Under the pieces are notes generated by a model. It worked only from the letters and a program-made list of their open reading frames with translations. It searched no databases and was not told the origin of the DNA. A program made the position numbers and the translations under genes. This document shows positions 1 through 12,900 of a stretch of DNA of 64,000 bases, in pieces (positions within the stretch are counted from its first letter, which is position 1; each line of letters opens with the position of its first letter). This DNA is from Phoronis australis (Eukaryota; Animalia; Phoronida). The stretch is from contig NMRA01000297.1 in assembly GCA_002633005.1 (NCBI GenBank), positions 481,085 to 545,084 of the forward strand, read 5' to 3'.

Positions 1-1200
1 TGGGTGATGAGCGCCCTCACAAGCCGGCGACGCATGCTAAAACATCGCGTGTTGCATTCGCAATGGATATCTGTCAATACAGGCTTACCTCAAGGTTCAC
101 GTCTGCCCCCAGTGCTGTTCAATATCTACACCCTCCCACTCACCAGACTGAAGCGCCGACTGCCAAGTTCGTACCGTTGCAGATGATATGTTGCTGACAT
201 GACAAGAACAAACACATCACGGGATTCCCCACAAAGCGCAATCTACACTGATGAAAATCTGCAAATATTGTGTTACCAGCGGAATGAGCTGCAATGGGGA
301 CAAGTATGAAACTCTCTTCTGTAGTCTGGGCAATCGCCTCAGTGTCGACGATTCCCTTGTCCTACCTACATCTGACAAGATGCGTCACTTGGGTGAAGAG
401 CTCTACTATAGGCTCGACTTCACAGCTCAAGTAAACAGTATGATCAGACGTGCTAACAGAGGAATCAACGCTCTTGGGGCTGCGGTCGGTCGGAAGGCGA
501 GGAAAGCCACCTCGTCAGGCTTTATTAAGCCTTCTCCACTTCGGTCTTCGACTACGCGCTCCCCATGATCAACATCAGTAAAAATCAAATCAATATACTT
601 GAGGGACTCCAAAACACTGGTCTTCGCGTCATCACTGGATGTACGAGATCGACTTCAGTGTCAGCTTTGCGCTACCTTGTCGGTGTTCCCAGCATTGTAG
701 ACAGACAGTCTCTTCTATAGGGTATTACTGTAGTCAAGGCTAATAAAGGCCACTTCCATCCTTCACACAGTTAAGTGAAGACTGCGCTTGACAGATGTTT
801 GCCCCCGTCCTCGCAACAGCAGCGTATCCCCTTCGCCCTAGACCTTTCCGCAGTGCGTCCTACAAAAGAATTAGAAGATGCTCGTGGACTTTCGCTGCTG
901 TAAACGCAACCATGGGCCTCATCGGCAAACACATGATCGCACAGGCTACTGCTTGGATGCCGTACAAGAACTGGGTGAGAGACCAAGGCATCGCTTTCAA
1001 CAGGGATCTCAGGAATGGCCCCCTGGATTAGCCTGATTGGGCTAACCAAATACTTTGTGCTGACAACGTCACTGTGGAAGGCAGTGGCTGCCGTCATGTA
1101 CATGTATACACACTCAAGCTGTACACGAATGACGTTTGAGGCTATACAACGTGCCCTAATAATCATGGGGTCGTATCATGGCCGAGTGGTGACTGCGTAA
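1..1200 (+). mobile_element. Degenerate non-LTR retrotransposon (LINE) RT and 3' region, possibly I-group-like
   Basis: GLPQGSRLPPVLFNIYT followed across a frameshift by VADD (170-190). Downstream MRHLG...LDFTAQVNSM and GLRVITGCTRSTSVSALRYLVGVPSI are typical post-RT LINE motifs. Several frameshifts and stops. Confidence 0.8.
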
Positions 1201-1714
1201 TGCATAGATGACGATTAAAGGCTTTATGTTAGTCATCGGCATTGAAAGCGCGTGGTCTCTACACCATAAGATAACACCGGAATCTAGAAGTAAAATGTCT
1301 ATGCCTGTAGCCCAAACTACCGCCGGGGTTTATAGCATTGAGAGAGCCCCCCAAAATAGTAGTGCGACGTGAATGTCTTAAAACCAACCAAAAAACAAAA
1401 CAGCAGAGAATGGGATTGTTATTTGCTACTTTGGTGTATTTTCTAGAATAGTAAGGATCAAGTGCAGGCATTTTCAAATTTTGAATTGAAAGTGATCTTC
1501 AAATATCTTGTTCATCAAGTTCCAGTTTGCTTGTGGAGTGGTGAACTGACTAGACATGCGTGCGTGCACACGTGTGTGCGTGTCCGTTCGTTTAAATTCA
1601 GTACACGCCGACTATTAATTCACTGACTACTCTGTCGTTTCTCAAAAATCAGTCTTTTAGTTACCGTGTTTTCTTGCACTGAGAAATCCTCGAATCTTCA
1701 CATTATTAGGCAAG

Positions 1715-1992
1715 TCTAGACCTAATTAAAACTTTGGTCAATGAAGAGAGTCTTTTCTTGTAAATCAATATCAGTGGTGCACAGCCTCGCAGATTTCTTA
1801 CGAGTAACAATCTTGATGGAAAAGATTTCCAAGGTTATATGTCCGAAGATTTGCTACCTTCGAAAGTTCACTACTTCGATTATCCAAAATTCCGAAACCA
1901 GAACTCCTACAGTTCATTACTCTGATTTTTCTACTAATAATTCGGAACTGACATGAATAAAGTATTGTATTTGTATCCTTTTGGTAACCATT
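1715..1992 (+). repeat. Dispersed repeat, diverged copy at about 19725-19972
   Basis: Both copies share tcagtggtgcac..cctcgcaga, ga(a/g)agatttccaag and end in gtaaccatt. Confidence 0.65.
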
Positions 1993-1994
1993 TG

Positions 1995-2285
1995 CAGTGG
2001 AGGATTTAGAGGGGGCAAGAGGGTCATGCCCCCCCCTAAAATTCTCCCTGATATCATATGGCAGTTAGGGTTGCGATTTCCTGACTAGAATATGCGCGCA
2101 CCCAGGGGATTTGGGGGGCGAATGCTCAATGCATAGATGCACAGGCCTTGAACACATCCCATTTACCGTTCTTACCCAAAAATTCGAGACCCCTGCATTT
2201 TAGGCTGGGCCACAATATGTGGCGAAATTTTGGTTATTCCTGTGCCCTGTCCCCCTCCCAACTAAAAATCCTGGATCCGCCCCTG
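1995..2285. mobile_element. MITE with CAG(T/G)GG(A/C)GGAT termini and 5-bp TSD ATTTG (hAT5-like)
   Basis: Left end CAGTGGAGGATTTAG, right end CTGGATCCGCCCCTG. ATTTG flanks both sides (1990-1994, 2286-2290). Confidence 0.8.
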
Positions 2286-2879
2286 ATTTGAAGGGTGGGC
2301 AAGAGTTCAATAACACCAAAACATTGATTTACATTGTTTACAAAAGAGCTCATTTCCAATTACTGGCAATCGGGATTCTTGAATCTTACTAAAGACTCTT
2401 TCTCAATTAGGGACATCTGGAGCACGGGTCCGGGATGCGGAAACCAACGGCGGTTTTAAATTTAAGAAGACTGAATGAGACTTCGTGAATACTGGCAGGG
2501 ACAGGGTAGCCTATTTACTACAATTGGTTTCGACCCGGCAGTGCGAGTAGTTCCGGTTGGTGAGGTTGAAGCGTAGTGGCCCTAAACTTTTCTGTCGCGC
2601 TGTGAGATGATGCAATCTTGACGTGGGGTTGATGAATGTATCGTGCTTGATAATTCATCAACAGTCCTATTTCATATTCTTTTAGAAATGCAAATACGTA
2701 TTCATCTTTCCGCATTCGTAAAACATGCGCACAGTTTCACATGCACATGAAATCCAAACGAATTGATTTAAGAGCCCGGTGTATTGTTGTCGGTATAGTT
2801 GTATCTAATAAACGAAGTGCCGCTTATTTTTACATCTAAAAGTATAACAGTTATAACCGAGTCAGAAATTTTAGACATT

Positions 2880-2973
2880 TTCTGTGTAGTGAACCTTCGG
2901 GGTGGTGAACCTTCGAAGTACATTGTTGTGAACCTTCGGTATAGTGAACCCTCCGAATAGTGGACTGTTCCCA
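2880..2973. mobile_element. Terminal repeat arm of a foldback/MULE-like MITE
   Basis: Iterated tagtgaaccttcgg motifs ending gactgttccc. An inverted degenerate match (cgaaagttcactac) lies at about 1861-1875. Confidence 0.4.
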
Positions 2974-3867
2974 TTTCCAGCGATGTAAGCAGCTTTTAAC
3001 AAAAGTACAATCAGATGAAAAATTACGTCAAGTCATGCTCCGATTAACTTTTACCGTCCGAGCATGTAATGAGGTAATCACTCATTTATAAAAACCCGAT
3101 TTGAAAGTTTGGCAGGAGGTACATGTAACGCGAGAACGTTTGGCCTATATTTACCTGCGAATGTGAGTCCCTTATTTTTGCAAGCAACTGTCACGACATC
3201 CTCATTTCTGGTATTACAAATTCTGTCTCATCTCAGGAAGATATATGGCTGAGAGCCATCGTTCCCTTCCCCACAATTAAGCTTCAAACGCTTTATCGAA
3301 AACTCGAGTGTCAGCGTTTGTAAAAGGTCCACCTTTCTAGAAATTCGAACCACCCCTCCCCCTCAGTGCTGGCTATGGGCCTGTTATAATAGTTAGTGAC
3401 CTTGTTGACAGTTAAGTTACTTGTCAAAATGATGGAGCTCATGGCAGTGTTTTTGATGGAGCAAACAGCCTGGCTTTTCAAAAGCGATGTCATACATAAC
3501 ATGTCTTTCCCTACCGCTGTGACAGGTTAATTTTATTTAGGACTTAATAGGCAGAGGTGAGTGACCACACCAGAGCAGTTTCACTTGATGACTGCCACGA
3601 ATGACCGCTACTTGTATATTCATTTAGGCAGTGTCAGCTGGCAGCGAGACAAACTATTGTTGCTAAAAGTAAGGTGAAGTAAACCTATGCCGTGCTTCCT
3701 CTTGTTGGGTCCATACCTTCCATTTGAAGGTGAAATCTTCCTATCCAAGCTCTGTGCACCCTCTTCTTGGTCTGTTCTCCCAATTTGAATGTGAATGCTT
3801 CCTAGCCAAGGTCTAGACTTCCTATTCCATCATTGGAAAAATTGCCTCTGTCGTTGAATACTTGTAG

Positions 3868-3963
3868 AAATTGACGACTGCGAATCATCTCCTTGTCAAA
3901 ATAATGGAACTTGTATTGACGGCAGCGCCACCTACACGTGTGAATGCAAACCAGGATACGCAG
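3868..3963 (+). CDS. Exon: calcium-binding-type EGF domain
   Basis: tag|AA ATT GAC... [33 protein letters not shown]|gtaac, 96 nt. Not in the ORF track. Confidence 0.9.
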
Positions 3964-6900
3964 GTAACAGCTATTTGTGAACCATAAGGCATGTTTATTA
4001 TGACTTCATTTTCACGTTTTGGGCACAGTCGAATAAAATTCAAATGCATACAAAGAATAAAATAATTTAGCTAGCGTTTACATATTGTTTTAAATTACTG
4101 CTGAACACTCTCAAATTAAAAAAGTAGCTGGTCAAACTGTTTTGCATTATCATGTCCAAACAGGGTCACCTATTGCCATGACACGGCATCACTAAACATC
4201 CTTTCACTGTGTTAGTTTGCACCACCATCTGATGGCACTTACTTTGAAACATTATACGATTGAAAAACTCTCTTCCTCCCTCCTTCCATACCCCCCTCCT
4301 CTCACTGTATCCCGCTTCCCATCACCCCCCTCCCTCTGTCGCTCTGCAAGTCAGGGCTGTTGGAGTCGAAATTGATTGCCCTATATCAGGTTGCAAAAGG
4401 CACCTCCATGATATCATTTGGACAAAAATGGTGATCCCGTTTAAAACTTCCACACACCTGCATTAATTTGATTATATAATGTAAACTTTCACAAGAAACA
4501 AAAACAGTGATTTCAAAACCCTCGTGTGTCCTTGACCTTCAATGTCCTTACAAGTGTCACTCCGATTAACATAGGGATGAAACCAAAGATCTTCAGTTTC
4601 CCTCAAGTGGTTCAACAATTTCAATTTATGCTAAAAAGGGCCTAAATAATTTTGCAAATAAGGGTTATTGATGTCTAAATTGCGTGGCCTATAGAAGATC
4701 GGAGAAGCTCCTTCAATTGGTATTTTGAACAAAGAATATTGATTTCTTATAACACTACACATGCCGTTTTGACTGTTAGGATATTATCTTGTTAGAATTA
4801 AAAATAAGTCTAGCATCCCTGTATTCATAGCGATCAAGAACAAATCACCAGATTATATAAGGAAATTCATGAGATTTGCTGTCATATAAGTTATATGAAA
4901 GTCGGTAGAGCTGTGCTACATATTTCGACTTGGTGCTTAGAGCAACTTTGAACTTGCTCTGTCAATATAATCTGGGGTGCATTTGACCAAAATGTAATAA
5001 GTCCTTCGTAATTGAGGCGAGATGATGCTAGATCACGTAGTAAAATTTTAGTGTTTCGTGGCTAACCTCGTGATCATAGTACGGGACCCCTGTCCCCTAG
5101 AAAAGGTCTCAAATGAAGTGCATGGTTGGTCAGGCCGCTGCATTGAATTTTGGATGGAAAATCCTTATTTCTTCTACATTCATTTACATTTCTCATGACC
5201 AGTGACTCGTGAGTGGCAACCGTTTCGGAACACACCCCTGATATTCGTTCGTGGCATTAGACTTCATTTATTTTAATTTGATTATTCGCCCAGGTATCAG
5301 CTGTACAGACTATGATTGCGTTTTGCACAATTGTGAACACAACGCCACTTGCGTCGGATATGATTACGGATACAACTGCTCTTGTACAGACCAATTTGTC
5401 GGTGACAGGTGTCAGCACATGAGGGGTATTTTTCATCTTTTATTCTTTTGCATTTCGTCATGACTCGTATTACCTTTAAGTAAACATAAACCAGAAGCTC
5501 ACGAATAAGAAAAAGTTATGCCTTAACCATTTTGCGGAGTAGTGATATAATCAGCTATTGCTACTATTTCTCTTCTTGATTTTTAACAGAAATCAAATGA
5601 GCCGCTGCAAATTCGTTTACTACGCTCCGTGTATGAGTCTACTTTCGTATAAAGGTGAACATTCAGTTAGAAACCTAAGAACGTGTACTTGAATGAATGC
5701 CACTTGTATACTGTTTTGCGTGTCACTTCAGTTCATGGTGGATGGACTTCCTGGGGTGAGTATTCCCGTTGTAGCGCTACCTGTGGGAACGGACAGAGGC
5801 AACGAAACCGAACTTGTAACAATCCAAGTCCAGCTTACGAAGGGCAGACGTGCGAAGGTGCTTCTGTAGATATCGAAACGTGTAACGTATTGCATTGTCC
5901 AGGTGTGTAGCGTCTACAAGAAGTGTAAAGAGTAGTCTGGGTCTGAATTATGATTAAATCTCATTTCAATCTATCAAAGCAAATTGTATATTTTCTTACA
6001 CAGGGAAATAAATTTACACATAAATTTGATGGAGGCACCAGTGGTTTCAACCAAATTTCTTGAAGAGCCGAGGATGGACTGTACCGTCCGGGATGGGATG
6101 GATTGAAATTCTGCGATTGACTGTACAGCATGGGGTGGACTGTACAATCTGGAATCGACTTTACAGTCTGGGTTGGACTGTACAGTATAGATGGACAGTA
6201 CAACATGGGGTGAATTGTACGTTCTGGGATGGACTTTACATTATCGGATGGACTGAACAGTATGGGATGGACTGTACTGTGTGGGGTGAACTGAAAAGTC
6301 TCCTTGAAGAGGTCGGTTGGGAATTTCTAATGGTATCCTGAAATTGTTTTCCTACCTGTAGGTCCTTCCGTGTGTTATGTGTACTCATTAATACTGCATT
6401 CTTAACGTGTCCTTAAACTCACCATAAAATCCCATGGAGTGAAGCAGTCTGTGCTGTCGGCGGTTAACGATAAGGGTCGTCAAAATGCAGTGAATGAAGA
6501 AGTATGCATGAGCTCTAAGGATTTGAAGCCATGGTTTGCAATGTTTCTAGGAAAAACGGTTATTGTTTCTATATTACATTTAGAGAATTATGTACTAAGC
6601 ACATGCGGCTTTGGGGATTATTTGTGTCGGTATCAAAGATTAAGATTCGTTTCGATGTATAACTTACAAAAAATCAGTAACCTACCACGATGCGTCTAGC
6701 CATACTCCCAGATGGAAATTTGTGGCCATCCCAAATTACAACGTCGGACCTTTTCAATAGCAGATATATTAACACTCCTTTCCATGTTATTGTTTATGTA
6801 TAAAATTCAATAAATATAATTCATTGCACATCACAAATTGGCAATAATTAATGCAGATTAACGGATTAGCTTCCCAGTGGTCATTTTTGAAAATGTGCAC

Positions 6901-9900
6901 ATGAGTCAATTGACCCACGGGGCCTCAAATTTATGGGGCAATTTAGAAGTCGTTTTTTAATTTAATTTAATTTTCTGAGGACGGCATCTTGGTCCAGAGA
7001 TTTCGACTACTAATCCAGTATGTTGCATGGCATTTAATTGGTACTGTCCATAGACATCACATAGTAGTGTTAAGATGTCTATGGTACTGCCCTTGTTGTT
7101 TTGGTCAAAAACATACTACTATTGAACATCTGTTTTATATAGTTGTGTCAGAATATGATTGCAATAATTAGCATTTTGAAGCAAAAATAGATTTGATTGT
7201 TTTATACGTTATCGTTAACACAATTTCAATGCGCTTTTTGGCCTGAGTTGAGCAATCACATTGCGTCAGTGAAAATGTCTGCGTGCCAATGACGCGGGCG
7301 TGCTCCTAAAATTACCTCAGACATCCAACCACGAGTATATTTCCAAAGACTTTGTACTACATGTGTGCTGAAGTGACATTGAATTACTTTACTGAAGCTG
7401 TTGTGTTGTGGCTTACAAGTCTTAGTTAAGTCTTTTTCCATGAAACAGATCACTGGTGATATTTTGAAGTAAAGTTTGTTCACACACTGTTCTAGCATTT
7501 TTATGCTTTCAGAAATCATTCGTTCAGTTGATGACTATTTTAGTGAAAGGGAGTTGGTCGCAATGGTCTGATTGGTCGAACTGCTCACGTGACTGTGGCG
7601 GCGGGTTTCAGAACAGATCTCGTTGGTGTGACAATCCAGCGCCTTCTTTCAATGGAGAAAGCTGTGATGGTGTCAGCAAAGAAAAAAGGCAATGTGTCTT
7701 TACAATGTGCCCAGGTACAAACATACCAAACGTCGCCTGTAAAAAGCTTATTTTCATTGACACGTTAATTTGTTTCATTATCTCGGATCTTATTTTGTAG
7801 AGTATTTGGCGCCATGTTGAGGAAATGATGAAAGACACTGCATTATGATCTGTGTTTTTAAACCTATTCTTTCAGTCAATGGTGGTATTGGCTTTTGGTC
7901 TGCTTGGTCAACCTGCGCTGTAACATGTGGTGGAGGACACCAGGTCAGAAATAGGTCATGTGATAACCCTCCGCCATTACACGGTGGACGGGACTGCCAA
8001 GAGATCAGACAGGAAGAAAGAGAGTGCAGTACCAACCAATGTCCACGTAAGCTGGAATTCGAATTTGCCCGACATGGCTGAACATTCAATAAACACCATA
8101 TGGAAATTTGGAATGAAGCTTGACGGTTAAAATTGTTTGATGACAAATTGCGACTTTGTAAGGTTTGATTGCAAATTAAAAGTTTTGTGTTTCAGCTCCA
8201 CCTCCATGTGACTTTCTTCCGTGCCAGAACAACGGGACATGCGTGAACAACGGGTCTGACTTCCTGTGCATATGTCCTCTTGGACTTGAAGGTAAACAAA
8301 ATGGTTAAAATCAAAGTGACGATGTCTACATCAGTGGCAAAGGCAACAATGGCGGAGATGGTGGCATTGTTGGTGATACTGCCAACAGTAGTGTTGATGA
8401 CTTACGTTAGTGACAATAGGACAACAAGTGTGGCGATGATGATGGCGATAATTGCGATGACTACAAACGAAGGCATCGACCATGATGGCAATAAAGTCAT
8501 CAGGGTTAGTATGGCGATAACAACAAAGACACGACATCCAGCTGGGTGATACGTATAGATTATTACATGGCGAAGTCGTTATCCCATGTATTATTGATCC
8601 CGAGTAGATTTTGGAGAATTATCGACCGAGGGGTTTCAGCCCCTCGGGCGATGAATCTCCAAAATCCACGAGGTTTCTAGATAAGGCGGATAACGACTGA
8701 GAACATGTAATAATCTATTTATACCAAATACTGAACGAGAAACATTGCAATGAATCGATCTACCTTTCTCTACTCGCCTCGGCTTTGTAACTACTTTCTA
8801 TGTCAGAGGGCCGGGGTCGGAGGTCGTGACCTTTTAAGAAAAGCCGAGTTATTTTTGTCAAATAATGCTTTTACTCAAAACCAATTGAAATTTAAACAAA
8901 ATACAAATAAAGTGAGTCTATAAATTAAGGTTTAGGAACTATTATAGCTTACTACACATTTTATCACGCTCAGCTTCCATCGGGAAAATATCGTCTGCTA
9001 AAGTAGGTTACCGCTGGTAACTGAGTATAATGCTCAAGTCAGAGGATCCCGACGACACGATACCGAATTCAAATTGGAGATCGATGATTTACAAGTGAGA
9101 GAAAATGAGAGAAAATTTCACTGGATTAAAATATCGTTTTTATGGAAATTATGCGTCTTATTTTTTCATAGCGTATAAATGTCGGTACAATGCTCTTTGT
9201 TGAACATGCGATTGTTGCGCGCGCTCATTTAAGTGTTCTATTTTCACGTTTGATGACTTCAGCTGCTGAGTTGTGCAGTGGTGAAGTCTACGACTCGAAA
9301 CTCTTGCAGATCGGGTTCGAAATCTGCCTCGGTTTCCCGCCAAAATGTTATCTAACGCCGTTTAATAACTAAATGGGTTATTAAACGGTTGTATTGGCCA
9401 TTCGAGGCTGATACTGTGGTAAAATAGAGACTATTGCAACAAAGATACGACATCTACTTGGATGATACTGGAGATTACTGCAACAAAGATACGATATCCA
9501 CTTCGATGATACTAGAGACTATTGCAACAATTCAAAGGTACATGTTGCAACATCCACTTGGATGATACTAGAGACTACTGTAACAAAGATACGACATCTA
9601 CTGGGATGATACTAAAGACTATTGAAACAAAGATACGACATCCACTTAAATGGTACTAGAGATTATTACAACTACGCTTCTTTCAAACACGTGGACGTTT
9701 TCATTCTGTTCAGGAAGATGATGCTTTCTTAAAAATTCCAGAAGGACCATATGATGACGGTGACTATGAGAGTATAAAAGTATGAAAATGAATTACTTTA
9801 AGTAGATTAGATTCAGACAGCCAGAAAACTAAATCAAGAGGTAGCACATACAATAAAGTTAGTTCAGAAATGCATTGACGGTTACCAGCTGCCACCATAT

Positions 9901-12900
9901 CTACTCATGTGTAAAATGAACACTCTTCGATTAGCAATTTGCGTCCCCCAACAGTGTTTCAAATTGTTGATCGTTTTCGCTAAACAAACTTGTCAAATCC
10001 TAAAACAGGCTATATCATGTGTTTTTAATTCCATAGATTCCGTTAGAAACTGGAACTTGAACTAACTAGATGTTGTGATAACATCAATAATATGTTTCAG
10101 GTAACACCTGCACCGTACATGACTGTGTAGAGCACGACTGCCGAAACAACGCTACGTGTGTAGGCCACGAACAGGGTTATAACTGTTCTTGCGGGGATGG
10201 TTTCGTTGGTTCTTTGTGCGATCTAAAAATTGGTAAGACGCGTTGGTCAGTTGCTTCTCGATGATATGTTTGTAAAATACTCATTAACTCGTTCACTCCA
10301 GTTATCGGAAACAAGTTCTAGAAATTTTCTGAGTGTTGTTTAGACAGTTATGCAACAATTGGGACAGACTGCGTTCTGTAATAGACTCTTGCACTTGTAT
10401 GCACCTGCATAACGTGCCTGCATAAAACTGTTGCTCTCATCTCTTCTCCAGAGTCCATAGCTGTAGCTCCTAAACACGTGGCAAAGTATATGTGGAATTT
10501 AAATTTGACAACGAATGACGACGACTTTTGGACCGATTCAAAAATAATTGTGTCCTCTAGAAGGAAATCCATTTGTTTACGTTTTGGCTATGTATTTCGA
10601 TGAAATTGCCAAATAGATTTCTCTAAGACAACAACTTCTAATCCATTTTTGGACGGATTTGATGATTTTATATATGTGTTGGAAACACAAAGCAGTGTAT
10701 AATAAACAAAGGACTCTTACACACCACGCGTTTGCATTTTGAGACCTGACAACAGAATTGAAACAATTACTCAACAAAACAAAAGAGCCAAACTGGACCA
10801 TTTATTACTAATTTTTTCATATGCACAATTTCTGAAACAGAGACACTTTTCCATTTGAATAAAGTTAAGTGACTCCTTGAAAATTGTGATTGAGGGAGTA
10901 TTTCTGGGTTTCTGGTGGTAGATGTGCTATTTTCACAGACAAATGCCTGAATTAACGGTATTTGAATTGTGCAGTTTGCCAAAGACAGCGTCTACAATCA
11001 GATCTCTGTATAATTTGAAAAAAGAACCAGAATATATACAGTGTAACACATCTGTACTGGGATTGTATTGTGACAAAATATTTCAACGTGATCTTTACTT
11101 TAAGGGACAGATACATGTATAAACCTCTCTCCACCATTTGGGCGCATCAGTAACGTTGACATGCAATTCCCACTTCAGTTCACAGATTGTTTTTTGTAAA
11201 GACATTCAATTACGTGGGAATAATCATCTTTGTTTGCAAAACATTCCAACGCTTCCTGAAAGCTTGTAAGTCTTATCTTGCGCCAATTTCTTTTCATATA
11301 GTATGACTGTGAGAGCTGCCGAGTCAGTCATTGTTCTACCTCGGTTGTGTTAAGTTCCGTCGTCGTTTGCTTTCATTTACAAGTCAGTCAACATGCAACA
11401 CTGTTGCTGCGTACCAGGATGTACTAATTATCGGCTCACGCGCGCTTTGGGAGTATGTTTGCATCGCTTTCCGATGGATGACACACTTTGCCGCAAAAGG
11501 TACCCGCTCGTCCAAAACCTTTACGGCAAACAGATGGCGCTGGATGCAATGATGCTTTACTAACAGGCAGCGCTGCTTACAGTCATGTGACATTCTTGTG
11601 TGAACTGAATCTTGTGTTGATAGAACATAAAATACAGACGTGTCTACTTGGTGAACCATCATCTGCCGTGTCGTGCCACGGCCAGTCCGGTCTGCTGGGC
11701 TCAGTGTTGTTGGCTAACGAGACACTGAAAGAAAAAGAAAATATCGCAGAGAATAAAACCTAACATGTACATCACCATGTATAATTCAACCATAAATTAA
11801 AAAATATAGTGGTTATATTTCAACCTAATTAAAATTATGGTTGTGAAGTTGCTAAAANGTTTTCTTCAGTGCTTAAAATCATGACCAGAGAATGAGATAA
11901 CGCGCCAAGAGAAGTGTGTTTATTCTGTCTGTTTAAAAAAAATAGCATATTTTAAGCTCACAAAATCCTCTGTTTTGTGGAAGGAGACAGTTGAGGCCAG
12001 GTTTACAATGGTAAATTGTCTCAATCAATAGTTACCTTTGACAGAAGATGAGATGATAACAACTTTAAACGTGCATTGCACGATTTCGATTGAAATTTCA
12101 CATGGCTCGCGCTATTTCTACACATACTCATTGTTCTCAGCATGCAATCCAGTATCCATCACGAGTCCACAGAACGGAAAGGCCGCGTGTTCCTCTCAAA
12201 ATGAAAGAAGTACTTGTACTATTTCGTGCAACTCTGGTTACGGATTCAGTTCTCCCGTTCCCGAAGGCGGAATTTACGAGTGTGGACCAGACACTGGCTG
12301 GATTTGGACCCAGCAGACCACAAGTGGCAGTTTTGACATGCCACCATGCACGGAAGGTAACTTAGAAGAGATAGTTAGTAGCAGTCTAATACATCTTGCA
12401 TCATTGTACAAATCTAATTATTCTCAAGACAACAGCAGCTGACAGTTCGTATCAGTAGACAGCAAACTTGGAATATTGCATCTCTGTCAAGTGGCACGAC
12501 ATGACAGAATAGTTACAATGCCTTTCATGGAGTACCATGCCTAGGATTGTTGTCGTTTAAAGCGAAACACAGACCTGCGGTCCCTGTTATACAGTACAGC
12601 CACTGAATTTTTAGGCTTCGTCCGGTCTACCTCACGCCTGGACAGACCAGAACGCAACCGGAACACAGGCGTGACAGAAATCAGTCACGGTCGCCTCACA
12701 CCTACTCTCCGGGTAGTCCTCATGCTTACCTCCGGTTTAGTTATTGCCTTCCTCACGCCTCGTTCACGCTTTCTTCGCGCTTCCGTCACGCTTACCTCAC
12801 GCTTTCTTCACGCCTTTGGTAGCTGTGGTAACCATGGTAGGGCTAATCAGTAAAAATACACGTAACGTCTTGATTGCCTGTCGTTTCGGTCAAGTTGCAA

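Noticed and set aside
8280-8549. Hydrophobic Met/Val/Ala-rich ORF
   Set aside because: Degenerate (GAT/GGT/GGC)n intronic low-complexity sequence right after a splice donor.
9427-9672. Regular repeats here and at 34450-34805 and 56270-56610 as possible CRISPR arrays
   Set aside because: The units abut with no unique spacers, there are no cas genes, and the context is eukaryotic.
9714-9779. Exon-like segment cag|GAAGATGAT...AAA|gtatga
   Set aside because: It is open only in phase 0 and has a stop in phase 1. Exon 8196-8291 already joins cleanly to 10101 to finish the EGF domain.
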